In this document: piece by piece, positions 1 to 11,753 of the stretch
Position numbering within the stretch: the first letter of the stretch is position 1
Layout of the letters: every line of letters starts with the position of its first letter
DNA from: Hydrolagus colliei
Taxonomy: Eukaryota
Assembly (NCBI GenBank): GCA_035084275.1
Contig: CM068745.1
Coordinates: forward strand, 51,708,001-51,772,000
Length of the DNA stretch: 64,000 nt
Reading direction: 5' to 3'
Position numbers and translations under genes: made by a program
The notes under the pieces: model-generated
Told to the model about the DNA's origin: nothing
Seen by the model: only the letters and a program-made list of their open reading frames with translations
Database searches by the model: none

Positions 1-685
1 AACTTTTACAAAGGCAAACAGAAGAGTTGTTTTTCTCTTAAAGGGGTACTCTCTTTTTTCCTTTCTTTTTTTCTCTCCCTCCTTCCCCCTCTCTCTCTTT
101 CACACACACACACTCAAGTCAGTCTGGCATCCCAATGGCTCTAAATGGCCCCCTCCACTCCTCTAATTTTCCATCTAAATTAATCAACTCACCCCCTCTC
201 TCTCTCTCCCCTCCTCTCTCTCGTCCTCCCATCCTCTTTCCCCCCCCCCCCCCACCCTCTCTCTCTCCCTACCTCTCTCTCCTTCTCTGACCCTACCCCC
301 CCCAAAACAGTGTGTAAACCCACGATACCATCAGGCTACTCAGGCAATGTAGTATCCGTCAGAGAGAGAGAGAAAGAAAGAGGAAGAGAAAGAAAGAGAG
401 AGGGAGAGATACAGAGGAAGGAAGGAGAGGGAAAGAAAGAAAAAGAGGGAGAGAGAGAGAAAAAAGAGAAAAAACAGAACGCCTTTAAGACCCAAAACCA
501 GAAGTGCACAACCGGCAGCATTCAGAACTAATCGTACTGTACAGTACTCTTCTGCCACAATCGACTCATTAAATGCACCACCATGATAGTGCTGGATAAG
601 ATCCGATTATTTGAATGGGGACCTTTTTTTTTGAGGTATACGGAAGTTACAGTTGATTGGGTCACGGATAAACGGACTTTTAACG
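1..685. mobile_element. Tigger-like MITE (family A), right part, with CT/GA microsatellite interior
   Basis: Terminus ...GGTCACGGATAAACGGACTTTTAACG-TA and interior are reverse-complement homologous to the 56329 element. Confidence 0.7.
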
Positions 686-2989
686 TATATCTTATTTTGT
701 TACATTAATGGATTTAAAAGAAGACAATGTATACGTGAGGAAGAAGGGAAAAGTGGCGTAAGTGAGGGATTTAAGAGGGGTGATGCTTCAGTAAATCAAG
801 TAATTCAGTAATGAATTATTATATTGCTTCAGGCCTGATTCAGTGCAGGTTGCTTTACAGAATCTGCACACATAAATATTACATGCAATGCATGAGTTTA
901 TACCAAACAGATTACCATTTTTAAATGTAGAAAAATCAAAGTGCAATCCTAAAAAAGGCCATGCAGATATCAAACTCAACACTTTACAATTCCACAATAA
1001 GAAAACTTTCCAGCTTCAACTTTACTTACTCGATGAGCAAGACTCCATTCTCCAGGGCTGATCGAAAATCTCGGTTCCCAAATCTTATACCAGTCACATT
1101 CTATTTACACAAGAAAAAAAAAGCACAGTTCAGAATGTTTTCCCAAAACAATCCTAAACTACTATGCAATTATTGTATATAGTTAATGAGCAGTGCTTGT
1201 CCAGTCCCTCTTTGGTTTTAGGAGTTTAAACAACACTGTTAAATAATTACCAAACTATCAGGTAATTTGATACATTACACTGGAGAAATTCAACACCTCC
1301 ATAAACCCACCAAGTTGCATATTCTTTCATAATGTTTACTATTTTAAATATTGTTATTTATGACAAATTAAGTCAAATGATCAATTACAGATCAAACATA
1401 TTTACTAAAAAAGTCCAAATCACAATATAATGTCTGAACCTTTGCTATTTATGCTTGAGCTACGACTCATTTTTGACAGATATTATTGGTACTTGATTTG
1501 AATATCAAATTTACTTACAAATAGGTCAGGTTACTAATATCTCACAAACCTCTATGATCTATTACATTTCTGTATTATTATAGTTATTTTATATTCCAGT
1601 GTGACTTCCACATAATACATTGCAGCCAAACCCTAAAAAGGGTGTGTATTCTAGTCAGGCGAGGTGATCGACAAAATACCATGTGAGGATTAAAACAAAC
1701 CAACATGCACAATACAACAGCATTCTAATTATGTATGGTAGCATGCACTGTATAAATGCTAAAAACTACAAATCATGGATTTGCACACGTCACTAAACAA
1801 GGAGTTGTTCTTAACCTATGCATTTTACTGAGAAAAAAAATTGTGGAATAGTAAAGGAAATACGCCAGAAGTTACAGGATAATTCTTCCATTCCATTGAA
1901 AAATACGATTTAAAATTACATGTTGAAGAACAATGCTAATTGTGTTCAGAACAATATATAACTGATATTATTCACATTTTGCCTTTTGAAGTTCAACATT
2001 AAAACAATAACTGCAACTATTCAGTTCCCATGTGTAAAGTAGAGTACATAACTTATCCCCTATGAAGTCACCTAGAATATGTGAGTTCAAAGTCCCTATC
2101 TGGGGCCTGAATCCACAAAATTTAGACTCTGAAGCACAACTGCTATCAACTGAGCCAGGCTGACACCTTTCAAACATAATTTAGTACTGCATTTACAGGG
2201 TTACGGCTTTGCACAGATAACGAATATTAAGTCAAGATGGATAGAGCACATATTTGTACATTCCTACTCATATTACAGTGTCCTGGAATTAACTTTCAAA
2301 AGATTGTCACAATCAGATAATTACAAGCTGAAGTACACGTTATTGGCATTTTTCATTTCATCACATGCCAGCTACTTATGATCATTTATTCAACTCAAAA
2401 AACAATAAGGCACTATTGGATTACCTGCCATAACCTTCACTTTCCAATTATCTTTTAAGTGACTGCTCAGTACAAAATGTGGCATAAATGAAATCTTTAA
2501 AGCAACTGTGTGGCCTCTATTTAATTAAGTTCAAATACAGTACTTACATAAGTTTATACTTTCATTGTACATCAATTCATCTGTAGAACTCCTCCGTAGA
2601 TAAATTGTTGTTTAGTGGGTAAATATATAGTGGAAATAGTGGGCTGGATCAGAAGATTATTACAAGTTTGATCTTGGATTTGTGTTCAGTTTTCTCATTC
2701 CATATTCCAGTTACAATTAAGATAGGGGAGCCATAGTGGGAGAAAATAGCTGGCCAGGATTCTTGCTACAAAACTGATAAGTCCTAGCAAACATAATTTA
2801 ACTAAGTATATGTGGATCCGAGGTAGGTTGTATTGTGATAGTCTCCATAATCAAGATGTTTCTGATATTCGGTGAAAGTTACGAGGGAAAACAGTTTGGA
2901 TGCTAACATTTGTTTTGGTTTGGTGTGGGGTAAAATAAGACAGGATTGCTATATTTGATTAAACCCAGAAATTCTTGCTAAAATTAGAT

Positions 2990-3228
2990 TGTGTAACTTC
3001 TGGAACTCTATCTTGCAGTCCCTTCGCCTCGCCCCCTCTAAGCCTCCTTCAAGTCCTGCCTCAAAACTCGCCTCTTCAATAGTTCCTTTGGTCACTCCAA
3101 ATACCCCCCTTTCCCTCCACCCTCCCAATCCCCAGCTGGGGTCTGAAACAATGACTGTCCAGCGCCTTGGAACATCCCCCTGACGTGAAAGGCACCATAC
3201 AACTGTAATTTTGTTGTTGTTGTTGTTA
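2990..3228 (+). mobile_element. L2 LINE 3' end
   Basis: Homologous to 5875-6040; (TTG)n tail. Confidence 0.8.
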
Positions 3229-4756
3229 TGTGAATGCCATACAAGAAGGTAGAACTCACCATACAATCCCCTACAATCAAATAGCCTGCCTAACTTGTCA
3301 GTCAAAGCTCACACAAGAATAAGGGATACCGGGCAAGGAATGAGGGATTCATGTCGGAACATGACATAGGCTGAAGGAAGCAGGAGTTAAAAATTTTTTA
3401 CCCTTGGGAGAGGCAAAATTAGCAAGAACGAAAATGGTAAACACACAGGGCAAGTCACTCAACAGGAATCTCTCTCACACACACACCAATATGTTGTAAC
3501 CTTTTAAACTAGTAAAACATCTCATACTCTGAACTTAAAAAAATTCTGCAGTCTCAAAAGGCAGGTTATAAAACAATAGCAATTGAAAAATAGCCAGAGA
3601 CAAACAGGATAGATCAATATCAATCAAACAAATGTTTTCAATTGTATAATAATAATCCTTGCAGAAGGCAAAGTACTGCAGAAGCTGGAAATTTGGTACA
3701 AACACAGAATTTGCTGGGAACACGCAGAAGGTCACTGACGTTAACTTATTTCCCTCTCTCCATAGATGCTGCCTACCTCGCAGTTCATGCTAAGTAAACT
3801 AAAGCATGTGTGTGGATTTAGGAAACATTCTCAGTTTCTCCTGATGTCCTGGCCAACAATTCTCTTGGTAAAATTTGACTGTTTGCTGAACATTGGCGCT
3901 TATGTGTTCTTCCGGTACCATGTTCTCCCATGGCAACAAATACAGTCAGTACACTTTACAGAAAGCAACTGGGAAGAACATTGAGATGTTGATGTGATAA
4001 AGAGCCACATCACATGCAAGTTTTTTTTATTATTACTACATGGGTCAGGATCATTTACATGGTTTTTTTTGGTCAGTTGGGTATCTCCAACGCATGAAGA
4101 AACCCATTGCCATGATAGGATATACTATAAGTATCCAAATCAGACAGAGTTCCTTCCATGTGCGCCACCTAAAATGGAAGTTCCTTATCTGAAATGAATG
4201 TCCACTTTCTCCTAAAAGGAACACACTAGGTTTGCCTAATTCTGGAGAGTATTAGGTGCAGGTTGGCTAAGAAAACACTTGACGACCAAGAAGTTATTTT
4301 GGGGTACTGTTGGAGTATAACCAGCTAAAACTGCATAGCTTGTTATTGAGCTTCATAGTGCTTGTTAAGATAGGACCACCCAACCTGTTAAGGCTGTGGG
4401 TTGCAGCATTTGGCTTCCATATTAATTTAGTCTCCATCTCCCCACCCCAGCTCAGATTCTCAGCGAGGAATGTTAAGCAGTTGTTAAGAATTCCACCTGA
4501 TGTGTATAATGCTACATAAAATGAACAGCACAGCAGCTAAATGTAGCTAGATCTTAAAATCAACCTCTACCTATTAACAGCATTTGTATTTATTATAGAG
4601 ACCGTGAAAGTCATTTATGTCTCAGTATACAACTCCATATTCTCCAGCACACATAGGATCCTCTAGGCATATTGATAAGACACTCATTTCCAAACTACTG
4701 TACTTTTATAAAAAAGTAACAATAAGACAGTAATAAAATACCAGCACTGCAAGGAA

Positions 4757-6355
4757 CTATAAAATGAAACAATAACAGAAATCGCTGGGAACACTCAGCA
4801 GGTCAGGAGCATCTATGGAGAAAGGAAAGTGAGTCCACATTTCGGGTCCACAACCCTTCGTTAGAACTGGGGCATGTTGGGAGGGAGAGGTTTTTAAAAA
4901 CTGGCAAAGAGGCAAGGAAAGGAAGACAAAGGAGAAAATGGGGGTAGAGGACAGGAGATGATGGGTTAAAGAGGTGTTAATGCTGTAAAACAAATACAAA
5001 AATGGGAGGGGTTGCAACAAAACTGGAGAGACGAGGTGTTAATAATGTTGAACAAAGGGGGAGAGAAATTGCAAAAGGACAGGCAGATCAGATGGTGAGA
5101 GAAGAGGGGTAGAGGAAAGATGAGCTGTTACAGCCTGAAATAATTGAAATCATTGAGGCCAGAGGGCTGTAAGGGCCCCAGCAGATAGATAAGGTGCTGT
5201 TCCTCGAGCTTGCACTGCGGTTCATTGGAACAGTGTAGTAGACCATGGAGACTGCAAGTGGGAAGGAAAGTTGAAATGGCACAAAACCAGTAGATCAGGG
5301 ATGTCAGCCTGCCTGTCAGACATCAGGAGCTGGATGAGTGCAAATTTCTTGCAGCTGAATGTTGACAAGACGGAGGCCATACTCTTTAGCTCTCATCAAC
5401 GTCTCCATTTGCATGGCTCTCACCAACTCCACCTTTCTGGTCTGCCCCTAAAACTCTCCGAACCTGTACGCAACCTAGGCGTCAGGTTCGACCCCCAACT
5501 GTCCACTAAAAGCCACTGAAACCCTGGTCCATGCCTTTCTCACCTCATGGCTGGACTATTCCAATGCCTTCCTCGCCAGTCTCCTCTCCACCACAATCCA
5601 TAAAATCCAACTCATTCAAAACTCTGCCGCCCGCATACTCACCCGCACCAAACTTCGCTCCCCCATTACCCCAGGGATCCCAAAGAGGATCAACTTCAAG
5701 ATCCGCACCCTTGTGTTCAAATTCCTCCACTCCTCTGCACCTCTAACTTTCTGACCTCTCTCCTCAAATCAGTTCCCACTGCCTTCACTCCACTGGGTCT
5801 GGTCTCCTCCATGTCCCCCGAATCCTCTGCTCCACCCTCGGCGACCGTGCCTTCAGCCACTATGCCTCGAGGCTCTGGAATTCCCTTCCTCACTACCTTC
5901 GCCTTGCCCCCTCTTTTTTCAGCTTCGGGTCCCAGCTGAAGACCTTCCTCTTCGACCGTGCCTTTGGTCACCTTTCTACCCCTGCCTCTGAGATGCTGTC
6001 CGGTGTGGAAGGCGCTATATAAATCAAAGTTGTTGTTGTTGACAGAAGCCTGGAAGGAGGTGAAAAGGCAAGTATTGCACCTCGTGCGCTGGCATGAGAA
6101 GGTGCCAGGGGAACAAGAGCAACTGTTGGTGTTGATGGAGGAATAAACCAAGGAGTCACGGAGGGAATGGTCCCTTTGGAATGCTGAGAGGAGGCAAATA
6201 TATGCTTTGTGATTGGGTCACATTGGAGATGCCGGAAATGGTGGAGAATTATGCATTGGATATCGAGGCTGGTGTGCTGGAATGTGAGGACTAGGGGGAC
6301 CCTATCAAGGTTCAAGGAAGAGGGGGAATGGGTGAGAGTAGAGATGTGGAGGTCC
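4757..6355 (-). mobile_element. Penelope-like element fragment (GIY-YIG region and 3' end), interrupted by an L2 insertion
   Basis: DRVPLVLTF..., PGTFSCQRTRCNTC and GLLHCSNEPQCKLEEQHLIYLLGPLQPSGLN translations; terminal repeat with hammerhead-like motif at 4832-4868. Confidence 0.8.
5301..6040 (+). mobile_element. L2-clade LINE 3' fragment
   Basis: CLSDIRSWMSANFLQLNVDKTEAILF...VRNLGVRFD; ends GGCGCTATATAAATCAAAG(TTG)n. Confidence 0.9.
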
Positions 6356-8122
6356 ATTCTTTTGTTCGAGTTACTATCAAATAATTCTGTTTTATAGAGC
6401 ATTCATTGAAAGTTCAGGGACCAATGCTGTCCCATTCCCACACTGAAAACATGCAATTCAGAACACTGAACATGAATTCCTTCAGTTAGTGTTTACCCTC
6501 TTCACACCCACTGAAAAATAAATGGGAATCTTTGAACCATTAACCATCTATTGTTTAACATTAAACCAGCATTACAATAAAGATAACTAGTAAACAAGGC
6601 AATGGTTCTTATTTCTTGGGGGATTTTTCTGGCGGGCAAACTTGAACCAGGTACCATCACTAACCAGCAGTCCAATGCTGGGTTCTTGACTTCATGGATG
6701 TTGCAAATCAGAATGTCCTCTCTAAGTGCTTTACAGGAAACACTTGAATGCAGTGACTGTGTGGTGTGTACAGCTACTGTTCCAGCTGACCATCAGTCCA
6801 CATCAGCTATTTGCAAAACCCCCAAAATCCTTGAACAAAGCAATTGTGTCCCACAATAGTTTAAGAATTCAGAATTAAGATTACTATTGAAGCTGATTAC
6901 TATTGAAGCTAAACAAATCCAATATTTCTTGGGTTAGATCATGGAAATATCTGTATACAATTTTAAAAATATTTCAGTGATAACACACTGCTTCTCCTGA
7001 GAAAGCATTCCCATCAGAAGAAAACAGACTGAACGCTCCCTGCAAATTTGCAAAACAACAATACAATAGTGTTGCAGATTAGTCCCATGGAAACACCACC
7101 CCACCCAACTGTAAATCAAAATACTGTAGCTATCAACAAAGAATTGCAACATTTACCGTGACAAATCAAGAATTCGGAAAATGCTGTGGTACAGAAAGAG
7201 AAACAAAGATGGGTCATTTGATTACCTTTTTTTTAGTGGGGGGGGGGGGGAAGAGAGAGGAAAGAAAGAGTAAGAAAATAGATCAAAATTTCTAACTCTC
7301 AATAGAATTATTATCTGAACCTGGTTCACAAAGCAATGTGCTTTCAGTGCTGCTACTCAGCTGTTACAAAACGGGCAGCTGTAATCACCGTCTGCCTGCA
7401 ATCGTATCACAGAATCACAGCGATTCCAAACAAATTGGAGTGAACAAGAAACCTACAGTGATTGAACACTTCTCCGCGGTTTCTAAAAAAGAAGTTGGGT
7501 GTCAGCCTGCCTCAGCTGGTGGCACTCTTGCCTCTAAATCAGAAAGTTGTGGGTTCAATTCCCCACATAAGGACTCGGAGCTGGTCTCGGCTGACCCACC
7601 TCGTGCAAAAGAAGTTAGAGGATGAGATGTTAAGTCCCAAGGGATGGACGGCACTTACCACAATGCAGCGCGCCCCCAACACAGCACTGGAGTGAGGGTC
7701 CAGCTTGAATTACATCTTTCTGATTTAAAAGGTGATAATGCTACCAACTGAACCAGGCTAACAACATATACAAATAACTTTTAAATCCACAATCACCAAT
7801 GACAATGACAAACATACAGTATACAGTGAAAAATTTAACTCTCATCTCTCTTCAACTGAAGACACTAACTTATGGTTAGGTGCAGTTTCATGGTGGGGAC
7901 AGCCCTCAAATATCTTAGCCAAAAAGCTATTTTTGTGGACAAGCCTTCACGGCATTGTGATGGAGAAACCAGTCAAGCTCAAAACAACCTCACCCACTAT
8001 CCAGTCATCAAGAAAAAATATATAGCTTGATTTTCCTCAATTCCACCCTTCCCTGGGGTCTTGAGCCAATTATGACTACACCAGCATTGCACTGAAATTA
8101 GCTAATCAGAGCTGAAATCTTC

Positions 8123-8269
8123 TAGTGGGTTGTGACGAAGGGTCATGGACCTGAAAAATTGACTCACTTTCCTTTCTCCATAGATGCTGCCTGACCTGCT
8201 GAGTTTTCCCAGCTCTCTCTGTTTTTGTTTCAGATTTCCAACATCTGTAGTATTTTGTGTTTTGTTCAT
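8123..8269 (+). mobile_element. Short Penelope terminal-repeat unit with hammerhead-like motif
   Basis: Homologous to 4760-4868; flanked by 11-bp direct repeat CTGAAATCTTC (8112-8122, 8270-8280). Confidence 0.8.
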
Positions 8270-8534
8270 CTGAAATCTTCAAGGTTTGAGATGCAGAGAA
8301 CAAGGACTAAATAGCTGATAATTCACCCACTAATAACACAGATTGGGCAACGCATGTAAAGCAGGCTAAGCAGGATGGAAGGAGTGACCAGGTAGTAGGG
8401 GTGTAGGAGTTCGCAATGACATTGAAGGATTTGAATGAGCGGAAGAGGATTTTGAATTCAATCTGCTGGGAGATGGCAAGCCAGTGGAGCCAAGCGATGG
8501 TAAATAACCCTTAAATTTTGGTATTGTGTTTTGC

Positions 8535-8857
8535 AGGTCAGGAGGATGTTCCAAAGTGCGTCACAGGACATACTGTAAACTTCAGTCATTATTTGTGGGC
8601 AAATGCAGCAGCTTGCACACAACAATGTCCTACAAAGCCACAAAATGAATGTACAATTTTATTTTTGGAGATTATTGGCCAGGACACCAGGAGAAACTCC
8701 CTTCTCTTTTGACACAAGATCTTTAGCTTCTACCTGAACAGGTAGACAGAGCCTCGCTTTAACATCTTACCTGAAGGACACCACTTTCAACAATGCTTTG
8801 GTGCATCAACTTGAACTATAAGAGTTCCAAGTCCTGACATGGGGTTACAACCCATAA
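8535..8857 (-). mobile_element. Second Deu-type SINE family copy (others about 10230-10540 +, 44790-45195 -, 49885-50740 -)
   Basis: Shared blocks TTGGCCAGGACACC.GGAGAAACTCC and ACCTGAACAGG.AGAC; tRNA-like head GTCAGCCTGGCTCAGTTGGTAGCA in other copies. Confidence 0.65.
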
Positions 8858-9095
8858 CAACAACAAAATTACACTTGTATAGCGTCTTTCACATCAAGGA
8901 GACATCACAAAATGCTGGACAGGCATTGTTTCAGACCAAATCTGGGGACAGGGAGGGTGGAGGGAATGAGAGGGATTTGGAAAGGCCAATGGGGCTGTCA
9001 AAGAGGAGGGTCTTGAGACGGGACTTGGAGGCCAGAGAGGGGCGAAGCGGTGGGACTGCAGGATGGAGTTCCAGAGATTGGGGGCAGAATGGATG
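8858..9095 (-). mobile_element. L2 LINE 3' end
   Basis: Reverse complement of the 2990-3228 type sequence; (CAA)n tail. Confidence 0.8.
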
Positions 9096-9104
9096 AAGTC
9101 TGGT

Positions 9105-9355
9105 AGCAAAAAAAACAGGAAAACTATTAGTCTCAAAATGAAATTAGATGTTTTAACCTGTTTTGATGCCATGAGTATAATATTATTTAAAACATTTTAT
9201 ATTTATGAATGTACACATATTTCAATTTATAATGTTTTATTTAGAAAATGTCGATGAAAAGTGTCCATGAGAACCTAAAATGTGTTTGCTTAACATCGTT
9301 TTGCTTAAAGTCACACTTTTCAAGAACACAACTACGAAGTTAAGCAAGGACTAAT
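9105..9355 (+). mobile_element. Internally deleted Tigger-family fragment
   Basis: RKTISLKMKLDVL resembles the Tigger/CENP-B N-terminal HTH; ends with TIR-like GAAGTTAAGCAAGGACT. Confidence 0.55.
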
Positions 9356-9435
9356 ATTTATCTGTAAGGGAAATGCTAGGATTCAGCTGTAGGCACTGAA
9401 AGCAGACAAGGATTCAGACACATTCCATAAATGTA

Positions 9436-9835
9436 CCGTAAATAACCGCGTATAAAGCGCACTTTTTTTTCACGTTGGAAGATCTCGAAAGTTGGGGGTG
9501 CGCCCTATACGCAGGTACAAGAAGTTTTGAGCCTCGGAAATACAGTAAACAGGAGGGGCAGCCGGCGCGCTGTCAGCCGGGGTTTGGTCACTGTGTCCGG
9601 CGGGGGTTGGGGGGAGCGGGTGACAGGGCTTCGGCCGCTCAGGCAGTGGCAGCAGCAGCGGTCTTCAGTGCAGTGCCTGCTGCCTGCCTTCTGCCTAACC
9701 CAGTCTGCCTCCCTCGCCTGCCTCCCTCCCTCGCCTGACTCGCCTCCCTCCCTCCCTCCCTGCCTGCCTCTCTCCCTCCCTCCCTCCCTCCCTGCTTCTC
9801 TCTCCCTCCCCGGCTGCCTGCCTGCCTCTCTCTCT

Positions 9836-9876
<41 letters not shown>

Positions 9877-10102
9877 CCTGGCTGCCTCTCTCCCTCCCTC
9901 CCTGGCTGCCTCTCTCCCTCCCTCCCTGGCTGCCTCTCTCCCTCTCTCCCTTCCTCCCTGCCTGCCTCCCTTCCTGCCTCTCTCCCTCCCTCCTGCCGGC
10001 ATTTTCATCGAAAATGCTTCAGTTTTTTTTCCACCAAGAAAAGGTCAAAAGTGGGGGGATGCGCCTTATACGCGAGTGCGCCTTATACGCGGGTATTTAC
10101 GG
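9436..10102. mobile_element. Tc1/mariner-pogo (Tc2-like) MITE with internal CT-rich expansion
   Basis: 27-bp TIRs CCGTAAATA(A/C)CCGCGTATAA(A/G)GCGCAC, TA on both sides, CpGs retained. Confidence 0.92.
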
Positions 10103-10540
10103 TACTTCTTTTTCCAATTGAACTCCTGAACTTCAGAATTGAAGTATTGTACCCAATTCACATTTGCTCATACTCCTAAAATCTTAACCACTTTTTATCT
10201 ACATCTGTATGAGGAACTTCTACGTTAGGCCTCTGGGTCACACACTGTATGGGTTCAAGGTTTCAAATTGGGATGTGAGCTCGGTCAAGGCCGACATACT
10301 GTTTGTACTGAGGAAAAGACTATGTTGCAGGAAGTGTCATCCTTCAAATGATGGCACTAAAATCAAGGTCTGGGTGCTTGTTTAGGTTCCCATGGCATTA
10401 TTAGAAAAGAGAACAGTTTCTCCTAGCTTCCTGACCAACTATCATCCAGATAAATTGGTTATGAACATCATGGCTATTTTGTGGACCTCGTAATGCATAA
10501 AGTAGCTGTAGTGCTTGCAAATTAAAATAAAACAATCACT

Positions 10541-11753
10541 ATTCATTCAGCCATAGACAAAAATACGAATCTGGTTTGATTGCAATTTTTAACATTGCAA
10601 CAAACAGCATGTGATAACAATTAGCACAGCGCAGTTGGGTTTTTAATCCATATTATCCATTATAATAATAATAATTTGGTCACTTAATCCATGACTGTTT
10701 GCCTATGTGCAATTGGCAGCTACATGTCGCCCACAAAATATACAGTCAATTCACTTTATAGTATATCCTGTAAAGCATTTTCAGAAGTCTCTACAACATG
10801 ATACGGTGCTATATCAAATGCCAGAGTTTTGTAAAAATGCACAGTATTACAAAGAAAATGTTGTCCCAGGCAGAGATTATGATATGAACAAAGATGTCTG
10901 GGTGTATTTGTGTACACACATTCATTTTCAACAATCAAAAGTTTTTTAGGACAGTGGATTTAGCCACGTTGCAAGGCAGATTCCAAACTTAAGGGTACTA
11001 TATTTTAAAAGCAAATACTACCAAACATTAAAGGCAAAATAGCATATTTTTTGGATTCTAAATTGATTATACCTCTTGTAGTTATTTTGAGATGGTCAAC
11101 TGCAAAGTATTTGAGCTGTTTCACGAATCACGGGCTTAACGCAATTTGCTATCCTGTGAAGTGGCACTCAAATGGCTTATTCCTGCAAATTCAGTGACTA
11201 AGATTTACAGTGGATCCTGTGAAGTGCTTTGAGACATCAGGAACATGGTTAAGTACACCACCAAATGCAAACATTCATTACAATTTATTATTGCCCGGTT
11301 GATAACATTAAAAGTGGTTGTTGAAGACTTCAGACCAAAACAGGTGTGAACCAACCACTAGAAGGCAGTGTTTGTGAGAACTCTCATGGATTTTAATCTA
11401 CTTCACTAAAATCAGTAAAGAAAGTATCGTGGTGAGCAGAGTATACTGTAAGTATTGCACCACCATGAATTCATTCAGCCATAGACAAAAATACTAATCT
11501 GGTTTGATTGCAATTTTTAACATTGCAACAAACAGCATGTGATAACAATTAGCACAGCGCAGTTGGGTTTTTAATCCATATTATCCATTATAATAATAAT
11601 AATTTGGTCACTTAATCCATGACTGTTTGCCTATGTGCAATTGGCAGCTACATGTCGCCCACAAAATATACAGTCAATTCACTTTATAGTATATCCTGTA
11701 AAGCATTTTCAGAAGTCTCTACAACATGATACGGTGCTATATCAAATGCCAGA
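10541..11753 (+). repeat. 285-bp near-identical direct repeat pair (10541-10825 and 11469-11753)
   Basis: Read by eye: one mismatch (AATACGAATC vs AATACTAATC), 643-bp spacer. Confidence 0.93.

Noticed and set aside
310-558. Overlapping E/R/K-rich and S/L/F-rich ORFs
   Set aside because: Translations of GA/CT microsatellite inside a MITE
9475-10129. 167-aa and 200-aa ORFs
   Set aside because: Low-complexity repeat inside a TIR-bounded MITE; no domain motifs
10541-11753. TRIM/LTR element interpretation of the direct repeats
   Set aside because: No TG...CA termini, PBS, PPT or TSD; the repeats contain a decayed SINE half
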